Part shown: one piece after another, positions 51,771 to 64,000 of the stretch
Numbering within the stretch: the first letter of the stretch is position 1
Layout of the letters: the number at the start of each line of letters is the position of its first letter
Assembly: GCA_016748015.1 (NCBI GenBank)
Contig: JAAOMT010000514.1
Coordinates: forward strand, 641,365 to 705,364
Direction: 5' to 3'
Length of the DNA stretch: 64,000 bases
Source of the DNA: Geosiphon pyriformis uo1
Taxonomy: Eukaryota; Fungi; Glomeromycota
Position numbers and translations under genes: made by a program
Notes under the pieces: model-generated
The model's database searches: none
What the model was told of the DNA's origin: nothing
Seen by the model: the letters and a program-made list of their open reading frames with translations, nothing else

Positions 51771-53292
51771 AATGTTTTTCTTTACGTTTGAAAATCAAAC
51801 AAATATTTAATAATTTTTTATAACATGATTAAGAATATTGTGCCACTTTGTGAAATACCATATTAATAAAAACATTTTATTCTATATTTTTATTAATTAT
51901 TAACATTTAACAATACATGTTAACAAATAAAAATAGTTATATGAAAGCTATTTTTGAAAAAAAGCTAAAATCAACAAAATGAATTATTTTACTAGATAAA
52001 GGGCATGTCAAAAATAAAATTGATTTTATTATTCAAAACTTTATGATATTTTAAGAATTGCCAAAAAGATAAATAATTATTTTTATGTTATATAAATATA
52101 ACAATGATTATAAAATTTTTGATTAAAAAAAACTTTTATTATTAGTAAAGTTCAAAAAAGTTATAATGTGTGTAAATTTATTTTATTGATTTAATTATTA
52201 GCTGATTTAAAAAATAGTAAATTTTATGTTATCTTTATTATAAATATTATATATTCATATCTCAATTTTATTAGACTGTTTTTAAAAAATTTCATAGTTT
52301 GTATTAGTTTTTATGTATATTACAAAATTGATATTAATATATATAAAAAAGCTATTCACTATTATTTTTGCTAGAAATATAAATAAAAGCATTTTAATGA
52401 AAATAACCTATTAATCTTCGGGTATTTTAATTAGTTTTTTAATTATAAAATTTCATTCGTTGTTTTTTAAAAAGCTTTGAAAAAATTAATATTTAAAAAT
52501 TATTAAAAAACTTTTTTGGTAATGAATAAAACTTTTAACTGACTATAACGGTATTAATTGATTTTTTGAATAAATAATTTTAAATATATAAGTCATTTTA
52601 TTATGTTAAAACTTTATATTAGTTTTAAAAATATTAATACAGGAACCAATAAATCTAACATTTAACAATTTAAACTAAAAAATATATTATTGATAAAGTA
52701 TATTTTAGCCAATGAAATTTATTTCTTTTCTTAAGAGATTCTTATGATCATAATTGCACGCCTTTTTTTTTCATAAACTTTTATCAAAAGAAAATTCGAT
52801 TTTATACTCCAAAGTAAAACGCTCTTCAAAATTAAAAAACCAGTTCTACCATAAAATGAATAATATAAGTTCAAATATTAGTATATTATTCATTGATTGA
52901 GAGTATGACAGCGGTATGTTCCCATCGCTATAGTAAACACCCTTCTAACTTATTCATTCCTTTTCGATTGATAACTTCATTTTAGCAGGTTTCAAAAATT
53001 AATCCAATTTCGGTTTTACAAAATTTAAGTTTTGGATCGTATAATGCAAAATCAAACATAGGGCCTACTTTTTTTCGGAACTAAAGATGCACTTTACCAT
53101 CTTTTGCTCTTAATAAAGTCAATGTTGTAGAAACTTTGGTTATATAATTTAAAAAAAGGGGAATACCTTATCATACGAGAATTTTAAAAGCACTTCAGAT
53201 TTGTGTTCCAAGGGTAAATCAATTAAAATTTTCATGATTTAAATAAATGATTAAGTGTTAAACTGGAATGAAATCAAATAACATTGTACATA

Positions 53293-54647
53293 CAGGGGGG
53301 TATAAAAAGTATTGGACACTTAATATAATATATAAAAAAGGCTATATATAGTAATACCATTACCAATTTAAGCCATAATTTTTTTTATAATTACTTATAG
53401 TTATAATCTACAAATCAACATAAATCGCGTCCTTATAAAACACAACAGTGGATCATACGCATATATATAAAATATCAAACATTCTTGTCGTAAAAAAATT
53501 TACCGCATCAAATGTGTCTTGGAAAAGAACTTTCTGAATACCAAAAAAGAGGGATTATTTCAGCAATAAAGTTAGGACATACAAACAGTGAGATTTCCAC
53601 GACTATTGGATGTTCACGTTCTTCTGTAATACGTGTATGGAAGTCATACAAGCTAAAAAAACTTCCTAAAAAACGAACAGGCCGACCACAAATTCTTGAC
53701 AAACACGCATATGAACAACTCAAATATTTAATAATGGAGAATAAAGAAACTCACTGCCAAACTTTTTCTCAAATACGATTGAATTTTATTAAAGATACCA
53801 ACAAATCTATTTCTATACAAACTATTCAAAATAGATTAGCTCAAGAAGGACTTCGCTCGTGCATTCCTCGTCTCAAGCCATTAATTTCTAAATCAAATAA
53901 AGAGAAATGTTTACAATGGGCTCGTACTTATGAAAATTGGACAGTAGAAGATTTTAAACGAGTTGTTTGGTCAGATGAATCTACATATACACAATTTAGG
54001 ACTACAGGATTTGGACGTGTATAGCATAAACCTTCCGAAGAGTTTCATAAGGATTGTATTACAGCCACAGTTAGAAAAAGCTTTGGTCGCATGTTTTGGG
54101 AATGTTTTTTATGGGTTGGTTTGGGTCTTTTAGTTCCTTTGGTTGGTCATATTACTGGAGTTATACACCGCGAAACCTTGGCTAATTATGCAATTCTTAC
54201 AGTAAAACTTCATGCAAAAAAAACTAAAAAAAAGTTTTTTTTTCAGGAAGACAATGCACCAATCCACACATCAAAAGTCGCGCATTCTTTTCTTACCTCT
54301 TCAAATGTTGAATTACTTCCTTGGCCAGCACAAAGTCCTGATATTACTCCAATAGAAAATCTTTGATCATATATTGAAATTAAAATTCGTCAACGTAATT
54401 CACAACCCTCAAATATTGTACAATTGGAACAGTGGGTTAAGGAAGAATGGGATGCAATACCTGTAAATTACTATCGTAATTTGATCAAGTCTATGCCACG
54501 TCGAGTTCAAGCTATTCTTGAAGCAAATGGGGGTCAAACAAAATACTAACATGTATTTTAATATAATAATAAAAAATTAACAAATTATAAGTTAGTTCTT
54601 TTATATAACATATTATAAAAGTGTCCAATACTTTTTATACCCCCCTG
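53293..54647 (+). mobile_element. Tc1/mariner DNA transposon (Tc1, DD34E), 1355 bp
   Basis: Perfect 29-bp TIRs CAGGGGGGTATAAAAAGTATTGGACACTT (53293-53321 / 54619-54647) and TA target duplication (53291-92, 54648-49). Confidence 0.97.
53512..54549 (+). pseudogene. Tc1 transposase, 345 codons, two premature stops
   Basis: HTH and GRP motif; WSDES, FQEDNAPIH, SPDITPIEN (34 residues between D and E). Single frame with stops at 54022 (TAG) and 54364 (TGA), both at expected Trp positions. Confidence 0.95.
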
Positions 54648-56489
54648 TATACATGTAAGAATAACTAGTAATTTCTGAACGACCTAATTTTTGTTGTAAT
54701 TTATTTTTTGAGTACCCAGAGGGGAAAGTTTCGACGGTAATAATAAGAGTGGTTGGAGTTGGACTTATTTTATATAAAATATTTTGAATTTTTTTACCTT
54801 GATGATAAGAAAAACAAAATGACTACAACTAATTATATTCAATTTTACAATGAATGAAAATCCTGATGATAATAAAAATAAAAGTTTATACATCCTAAAA
54901 CTAATGCCTAATTTAATTTACATCAATTAGTTGTTCTCGTTTATAACGGTTATCAATTTTTGGTTTACAAGACTAATTTATGTATAGTATGTACAAAAAT
55001 CTGTGGATGATATTCAAGGGGAAGGTGTAATTGGAAATATAATTAGTTTGATAAAAACTTTATTAAAAAAAGAATATAAACTAAATATTTACAGGAAAAG
55101 CGAACGTATTTCTCACTAGCAAATGATTTAATCAAGACTTTTACGGATTTCTAATTAGCCAACTAGAACATGATATAAAAATATAATATCTACCCATTTT
55201 CATAAGCAGAATGAGGATTGAATCATATCATAAATATTTTCAAAAAGTATTCTAATAAATCTAAAAGTCTCAATTATTAGTGTTTTATATTTACATGCTT
55301 TTTATATGAATTGTGATAAAGTTTTATAAAGTATATAAACTAATATTATGTCTGAAAGATTAAATGATATTATAAGAGCCAAAAATAGATATAAAAGAAA
55401 TTAATTGGGTAGATATATGTATCGAAAATTAATTTCGATCAATTTTATTTGTAAACCAATCGTCTAAATTCAACAAATAAATTTATTTTGGCACTTCAAG
55501 ATTAAGAGCGACTTGATGACCTCAAAAACTATAGATTATGATAGTAACACGAAATTTGCGGAGAAAAAATCCAAATTCTTTGGAAATTACGATTTCAAAC
55601 AAATCAATTATACTTTTGACCATTTAAAAGTATATCAAAGTAATTTTATTTTTACTGAGATAATATAATTTAAAACAAGAAATCATTATTTTACTCTATA
55701 TTTCACTTGATGTAAAAATAATTTTTTGTTTCTATCTCGTTTCGAGGAAAAAAAAGAACCGTAACACCAAGCTAACCACCTTTATGGCTTATATAAAAAA
55801 TCTATAACGAAACTTAACCACGATAATCTTTGTGAAAACAGTAAATATCAAGATTACCCTAGAGCATTTCTAATGATATACCCTTACTATAGTACTCCTC
55901 ATAATTACGACCGGATACTATAGGCAGTGCTCTACGGTAATCTTACTTAGATTCCGGCTTTTTTTTAATAGTAAAAGTTAATAGTGAATATTATTTACAA
56001 ACAATAAAATAATGAACAATAATGATTATTTAACAAGGATAGCAGGGATATGGCAGGGCGAGTTTGTACTTTATGCCAATTTAGTAACTTGACACTGATA
56101 GCATAAAACAGATTTTGATAGACATTTTAAAAAATTAGTGATTAATAATTATAATTAAAGATCCTGATCAAAACAACACGACATTATATATAATTACATC
56201 ATTTAGAAGGGGGCTATATTTATAACAAATAACCTAAAAATTTGAAAAATTTATATATAAAAAACAGCCTTTTTTTCATCTCAAATTTCCCTTGCTTTCA
56301 TTTATCACTTCCCTTCCTTCATTCCTTTCCTTCTTTCGTTCCTTTGTTTTTTTCCTTCCTTCGTTCTTTCCTTTCATCTCTTTCTTTCTTTCTTTCTTTG
56401 TGCTTCTCTTTCTTCCATTTTTTTGTTCCCTTTTTCTTCCTTATTTCCTTTTTTGGTCCTCCTATCTCTCTTTGTTCCTATGCAACTTT

Positions 56490-58080
56490 TCAAGGTAAGG
56501 CTCACTGGGTATTGTACTTCTTAAAAAATAAATGATAAAAATTAAAAATTAAAAATTTTTCCAGAAGAATTATGTGACGACTTTTTAAGATAATTATAGT
56601 GGTGATTTAGAATTATTTTTTACTTGTTGCATGCACGTTTTTCTTTAATAATCGCAAATACAAACTTGATCATGTGACAATACTCATATATACATTTTGT
56701 TTATAGATGACTTATTTGCGGCAAAAATTCTTTGTCATCTCTTTCTCTCCTTCTTCTCTCTCATTTTGTTTCGATATAACATTTTTAAGGTAAGGTTCAC
56801 TGGGTATTGTACTTGTTAAAAAGTTAACAAATAAAAATAAGTAAAAAAGAAAAAAAAAGAAAAAGGAAAAAGAAAAAATAAAGATTTTTCGGAAGGATTT
56901 TGTGGCAATTTTATAAGATAATTATAGAGGTGATCTAAAATTATTTTTTACTTGTCACGTGCACATTTTTCTTCTTCAATAATCGCAAATACAAACTTGA
57001 TTATATGACAATACTCATATATACATTTTGTTTATAGATGACTTATTTGCGGCAAAAATTCTTTGTCATCCCTTTCTCTCCTTCCTCTCTTTCATTTTGT
57101 TTTGATGTAACATTTTTAAGGTGAGATTCGCTGGGTATTGTACTTGTTAAAGAGTTAAAAAAATAAAAATAAAAAATGAAATAAAATAAAGATTTTTCGG
57201 AAGGATTTTGTGGCGACTTTTTAAGATAATTATAGAGGTGATCTAAAATTATCTTTTACTTGTCGCGTGCACATTTTTCTTCTCCAATAATCGCAAATAC
57301 AAACTTGATCATGTGACAATACTCATATGTTTATAGATGACTTATTTACTGCAAAAGTCATTCGTCTTCCCTTTTCCTCCCTCTCGCTTTGTATCGATGT
57401 AATTTTTTAAGGTGAGGTTCGCTGGGTATTGTACTTGTTAAAAAGTTAAAAAAATAAAAAAATAAAAAATAAAAAACAATAAAAAAATAAAAAAAAGATT
57501 TCCAAATCTTTTTGTGGTGATTTTTCAAGAAAATTATAAAGGTCATCTAAAATTATCTTTTACTTATCGCGTGCATATTTTTCTTCTTCAATAGCAGCAA
57601 ATCCAAACTTAATCATGTGACAATACTGATATATACATTTTGTTTATAGATGACTTATTTACGGCATAAATCCTTTGTCCTCCTTTCCTATCCTTCCTCT
57701 CTCATTTTGTTTCGATGTAACATTTTTAAGATGAGGTTTGCTGGGTATTGCACTTGTTAAAAAGTTAAAAAAATAAAAAAATAAAAAATAAAAAACAATA
57801 AAAAAATAAAAAAAAGATTTCTGAAGAATTTTGTGGCGATTTTTCAAGATAATTATAGAGGTGATCTAAAAATATCTTTTACTTATCGCGTGCATATTTT
57901 TCTTCTTCAATAATCGCAAACTTGATCATTGACAATACTTATATATCAATTTTTTTATAGATGACTTATTTATGGCAAAAATTTTTCGTCCTCCCTTCCT
58001 GTTCTTCCTCTCTCTCTCTTTGTTCCGATGTTACTTTTTTAAAGTAAGGTTCGTTGGGTATTGTACTTGTTAAAAAGTAA
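56490..58080. repeat. Diverged tandem array, ~290-330-bp unit, ~5.3 copies
   Basis: Anchor AAGGTRAGGTTCRCTGGGTATTGTACTT at ~56492, 56787, 57118, 57409, 57728 and 58042. Preceded by a polypyrimidine tract at 56270-56490. Confidence 0.93.
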
Positions 58081-59888
58081 AAAATTTATATTTAAAAATT
58101 AAAAATTAAAATATTGTACATTATAAAACATGACATAAATAAAGCAATGCTAAGAACTTTTTATAATGAACATTATCGCTCTCAAGGTTTCATCTATAAA
58201 AAAATTATATATATATGAGTATTGCCACATGATCAAGGTTATATTTGCAATCATTGAAGAAAAATGTGCATGCAACAAGACCGAGATAATTTTAGATCAC
58301 CTCTATGACTATCTTGAGAAATCACCACAAAATTTTTCAGAAAAAAATTTATGTAATAAAAACTTGCAATCTAACAATAACTTATAATAAAGCTATAAAT
58401 AGATTTTTAATTTTGTTAATAGATAAAATATTTAGCATTTTTTTAAAATTCAAAGTCGTTTATAATTTAATATCTATTTGCAAATTAAACTTAATACATT
58501 TAAAGCACTTTTGATCATTTAAAGTATCAAAATTTTTAGCCAAAATAAGAATCACTTTCATAAAAAATATTAATTGTCAAAACTTTTTAGACATTTTAAT
58601 TTTAGTTCTTAAAAATTAATATATACAAACTCTTTGTCTAAAAAATGATGAATGCAATATGCTGAATAATATCTCATCTAACCGAATTGTTTAGCTATTG
58701 GAAATATAAGAAAAAGTACTTACAATATAGTATCCTATTTTGAGTTTTTAGAGAGGGTATGAGAAATATTAGCCGGAATAATTTCTTTGTATCTTTCTAG
58801 ACACACTCAGCAAATTTTTTTAAACTTACAATGACTAATTTCTTCAAAGAATATGAATTAATTTCAGAAAATGTCTCTAGAAAAATCAAAATCTTGCACT
58901 AGGAAAACTAGCTATCTGCAGACTAATGGCTCTTCTTTCCAAGAATTTTTCTTAAGACTTATAGGTCTGTTGATAATAAAGTTTTTTAAAGGAGTATATT
59001 TCTTTAAAGAAAGTAATGTGAATATTTAGTATTGCCTTGTTATTATTACAAATTTGTCTAGAGATTTCATCACAATTAAAGCTCACTTTTAATCTTATTG
59101 GCTCACATATGACAACATATATTATAGTGTCAGAAAACAGAATGATTGTTGATTCGATATCTTTCAAACTCTCTTAACAGAAGCAGTGTTTTCAATTATA
59201 ACTGAGAAAAAAAATCTTATTGAGTGTCTTTCCACTTTCAAGTATATGTTAAGAAAAGGTTTTGTGCAGTAATTCTTAAACATAATTACTAAGGTGCAAA
59301 CATTATGATTCTCTTACAGCCAGCCAATAAATACTCATTTATCATCATCGAATTAAAAATCATTGACTCATACTTAGTGCTATCTGACATCTGGTACCTC
59401 CAAACCAGAACCCCAGTATTTTTTCCGAAATTCAGATCTCTATATTGACAACTTGGACAAGTTCTACCAATTTGCAAAAGTCACAATAATCAAGATTTTG
59501 AGTTAATTTTCTTTTGCATTTTTGGGCTGAATTTTTTTTAAACAAGGCTATTAAAAAACAGTTGACAAATATTCTGATTTTCTATATTTGCTCATTTGAA
59601 GTTTAATGACAAATACCAAAGCAATTTGTGAGATGAGATGGAAATTAAACTTCAGATCCACATGTATAAATAATATTACCAAACCTATTAAAACATTATT
59701 AAATTCCAAAAATTTTTGAAAGAATGAACTTATGAAATAGAAAAATTGACCAAATTTTACTTATGTTTTTATAAAAAACAGAATATACATAATTTTTTAG
59801 TCATAAGATAAAAGATGTGACAAAGTTAGCAAAATACAAGAATAAGGCACGCGAAAGTATGACATTTTCATATTTAAAAAAATATTAA

Positions 59889-60826
59889 AAATAAAACTAA
59901 TACTTTTACTAAAGTTAAAATTTACCAAAACACTTTTAATTAAACTGCTTTTCTATATAATTATCTTAAAATATACATAAAACAAATTCTATATATTAAC
60001 TATTATAAATTTATTATTTACAATTAAACTCTTTTTTTTATATTTTACTTTTAACTTAAAATTGGGCAATCAAATGGTTTTTTTGTGGCAAATAACCAAA
60101 TTACACACATAAACTAACAATATTTAAACATGTTTTCTTAATATATTTATTTTATTTTATTATTATAGATTTTTATTAAATTATTTTAAAAGTTTTAAAT
60201 TTATAATTTTTTGAAAAATAGAAAAAAAACCAAATTTAAATAAAAAAAATTATAAATAATAAAACAAAAAAATACATAAATTTAACAGTAAAACAAATAA
60301 ATAAAATAAACAGAAGAAAAACAAATAAAACTTTAATAAAAAAAAAANNNNNNNNNNNNNNNNNNNNAAATAAAACTAATACTTTTACTAAAGTTAAAAT
60401 TTACCAAAACACTTTTAATTAAACTGCTTTTCTATATAATTATCTTAAAATATACATAAAACAAATTCTATATATTAACTATTATAAATTTATTATTTAC
60501 AATTAAACTCTTTTTTTTATATTTTACTTTTAACTTAAAATTGGGCAATCAAATGGTTTTTTTGTGGCAAATAACCAAATTACACACATAAACTAACAAT
60601 ATTTAAACATGTTTTCTTAATATATTTATTTTATTTTATTATTATAGATTTTTATTAAATTATTTTAAAAGTTTTAAATTTATAATTTTTTGAAAAATAG
60701 AAAAAAAACCAAATTTAAATAAAAAAAATTATAAATAATAAAACAAAAAAATACATAAATTTAACAGTAAAACAAATAAATAAAATAAACAGAAGAAAAA
60801 CAAATAAAACTTTAATAAAAAAAAAA
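59889..60826. other. Assembly artefact: 20-N gap (60348-60367) with duplicated flanks 59889-60347 = 60368-60826
   Basis: 459 bp appear identical either side of the gap. Confidence 0.92.
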
Positions 60827-63233
60827 TATTTTAAATTAATCATTATTACTTGTTTTATAATGTGTTTTATTTATATTAATTATTTTTTAAAGAAAAAAAA
60901 TCAAAATAGTATATGACTATATTTCTATATTTTAAATATAAAAATTAATTAATATTATTAATTTATTAAAATTTATAATTGATATTTTTTTATTATATCA
61001 TATATATAATTATCAATACTACTTTTTGGTTTTTTATCTTTAAAGAAAACTTTTTTTAATTTAATTAGTTTCGGATGTTTGAATACTTATTAATATAAAT
61101 ATTAAAAATCTAAAATCAATTTTTGAATATATAAAAAAATTTTTATGCACAAAATAAAGCTTTGATTGTGCAAAGAATCTTTGAATAATCACTTTAAAAG
61201 ACAAAAGTTTAAAATTTTTATAGGTAAAAAAACAATTTAATAATTTACATAAAATTAAAAGTATAAAATTTTTTTAACTTTTTTTTATTTTATCTAAATA
61301 TATTACTTGAATTTTTTGCTTTTTTAAATATTATGTTGATAAAAAAATTTTATAAATAGTATTTTTAATTGTAATAAATATCATTACAAAGATTATGTTT
61401 ATATTTTTTTATTTTTGAGATAATTTTTTTTTCAAGACAAAAAAAGATTGGATTAATTGATTTTATTTTGTTTTAAATATTTAATAAAACATATTCAAAA
61501 TATAAAGCCAATTCTTAAATATATAAAAAATAAACCAATTATTAAAATATATTTTTTATGTATAAAACAAAGATTTTATTATTTATAACACTTTAATAAT
61601 TTACTTAAAAGGTTTAAAGTTCAGAATTTTCCTTAAATAATAATAAAAATAAAATGAATTCAACGATAAAAATATTTAGTTATAATAATTAAAAACCTTA
61701 TTATTAATTATTATATCAATATTTTATTTATAACACAGTTTTTATTTTTTATATAAATATTAAAAAAAATTATAAAAAACAATTTTAGCTTTATAGATTT
61801 ACAAAAATTAATTAAAGTCTTTAATTTAGCTTTTTGCAGTTTTTTAATAAAGTTATAATATATTTAAGCCAGTTTAACATTAATATTAAAATAAAAAATA
61901 TTAAAAAATTTTTGATACACAGAATAATCAATTTAGTAAATAATACACATAGAAATTATACTGTAATTTAGTTTGTATCAAATTTGTATTATATGCAATA
62001 TGAGTCTTTAAATTTTTTTGTTTCATTATTATATAATAAATATTTAATAAGAATATGCAATTAAAGCTTGCTCTTTATAGAATTTGAGAAATTGAAAATA
62101 ATTACTTAAAAGATAATAATTTAAAATATTGATATAATTGTCATATTTAACACATTATAATTGATTAAAAACTAAACAATTTACAAAAAATTGGAATTGT
62201 ATAATAAAAATTATGTGTTATATTTGTCAATTAATTAGGTTTTTGGTAAATTTTTAACTAGTTGACTTTTTTTATTTATCAAGTAGAAAAAGTTGCAACA
62301 TTTTTACTGTTTTTTGTAAAAATATACAACATGTAATGCATGATTATTACAAACAAGCTATAATGATTAGATATTAAGAAGCATAAAAAATGAAACACTA
62401 AATTTTTTAAATCATAATTTTTAAAATGTTGGTAAATTTAATAAAATAAGCTAATTGAAATTCAGAGAATGCAAACAGGTGGAATGAAAGCTAACTTTTT
62501 TTTAGGCCTCAATACAGATAGACTGCCCAGATAGCTTTGTTTGTAGAGTTATGCGCGGAGAATTAATGGAACTTTACGACTGTGAGGAAAGACTCCTCTA
62601 ATACTTTTGCTGTCATATTGAACATTAAGATAATCTTGGCTATAACTTCATAATGACAACAATTTGTTAATCCATGCCTTTGACAAACGATTGCTCTACA
62701 TAGGCCGCTGTATAAGAGATTGTGAAGGTTGTAAGTACAACATTTTCCAACCACTGCGGAGGTTTCGCCGAAAAAACTCAAGACCTGAAAAGATACACCT
62801 CAGTGCTTAACGTGCTCTAATAACTACGATCACGTGAGAATAGGAGGATAGCGCAGATGATACGATTTTATTGTTATTAGATGAGTCACCTTGACTATAG
62901 TTTATTTTCAACCCATCATAACCAAACTGTGAATCGAAATTTATCCCACATAACTGACTTTCCTTCCTAGAGGTTTTTTTCAAATAAAAAAATTCGAAGG
63001 CTAAGCTTTTGCGAGTACATGTTCGGAACTCTCGTATACAATATGAAAAAGACCCTATTTATACCCAACGGTTTTAGTATATCTACCAACCGTCGACCTT
63101 AATATCTGAGGGGTTACATAGTATTATATCTAAAATAAATCAATTTTTTACTATTGTAGATTTATTTCTCCCATATTATTTTTCTTTATCCAGATTCTTT
63201 AAAGAGAGTAAGACCTTTTTGGTTTAAAAAATT

Positions 63234-64000
63234 GAGAAAAAGACTCCTTAGCACCTGACAGGACTTTCATTGCTTGCTGTATTCCATGCTAGCGCGCTCT
63301 TTACCAGAATAACTCGATGTTATCCTACCCCTATATAAGTCTCCATTCTATGGATACCTATGGCCGATGCTTGGAAAGAGATTCGTTAGCACCTGACAGG
63401 ACGTTTCAGCGCTTGCTGTGTTCCATGCTAAGGCGCTCTTTACCAGAATAACTCGATGATATCCTACCCCCATATAAGTCTCCATTCTATGGATATTTAT
63501 GGCCGATGCTTGGAAAGAGATTCGTTAGGACCTGACAGAACGTTTCAGCGCTTGCTGTGATTCATGCTAAGGCGCTCTTTACCAGAATAACTCCATGTTA
63601 TCCTACCCCCATATTAGTCTCCATTCTATGGATACCTATGGCCGATGCTTGGAAAGAGACTCCTTAGCACATAATAGAACGTTTCAGTGCTTGCTGTATT
63701 CTATGCTAGCGCTCTTTACCAGAATAACTCGATGTTATCCTACCCCCATACAAGTCTCCATTCTATGGATACCTATGGCCGATGCTTGGAAAGAGATTCT
63801 TTAGCACCTGACAGGACGTCTCAGTGCTTGCTGTATTTCTATGCTGACGCACTCATTACCATAATGACTCGATGTTATCCTACGCCCATTTAAGTTCTAT
63901 TCTATGGATACCTATGGCCGATGCTTGGAAAGAGATTCGTTAGCACCTGACAGGACGTTTCAGCGCTTGCTGTGTTCCATGCTAAGGCGCTCTTTACCAG
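63234..64000. repeat. Tandem satellite, 137-139-bp unit, at least 5.5 copies, runs off the window end
   Basis: TTGGAAAGAGA anchor at 63371, 63510, 63649, 63786 and 63925. Confidence 0.96.

Noticed and set aside
56242-56535. Phe/Ser/Leu-rich 'membrane protein' ORFs
   Set aside because: Translation of a low-complexity polypyrimidine tract.
58600-59700. Slightly GC-richer stretch with a CPSC motif, possibly a decayed transposase
   Set aside because: No diagnostic motif or terminal repeats could be identified by eye.
62440-62800. Possible decayed coding fragment on the minus strand
   Set aside because: No family could be assigned with confidence.
63595-63893. ORFs within the terminal satellite
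   Set aside because: Unit length is not a multiple of 3 and frames break between units.

Overview
Very AT-rich eukaryotic genomic DNA. Its gene families (Sel1 repeats, Sel1/kinase, BTB-BACK-TLDc, a multi-TM family) are typical of Glomeromycotina fungi. The LINE proteins look Geosiphon-like from memory, which I could not verify. 1-21 kb: two full-length but inactivated non-LTR retrotransposons (ORF1 RRM/CCHC; ORF2 APE-RT-RNase H-CCHC), one 5'-truncated copy with a TSD, and hyper-AT degraded repeat DNA. 21-35.5 kb holds the most interesting structure. A ~2.7 kb inverted duplication carries two convergent, intact 3-exon genes for secreted 8-Cys (CFEM-like), Ser/Thr-stalk, GPI-type proteins. The ~9 kb between the arms contains a ~158-bp higher-order tandem array directly upstream of an intact gene for a secreted, KR-flanked protein made of 11 x 13-aa Asn/Gly repeats. 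35.5-52 kb: mostly pseudogenes, plus an HEXXH metalloprotease-like gene interrupted by a Nextera/Tn5 adapter artefact. 53-64 kb: a Tc1 (DD34E) transposon with perfect TIRs and two further satellite arrays. Repeats show pervasive C>T/G>A hypermutation (CpG and CpA contexts). Two 20-N gaps have duplicated flanks (scaffolding artefacts). No rRNA, tRNA or CRISPR was recognised. All alignments were done by eye.
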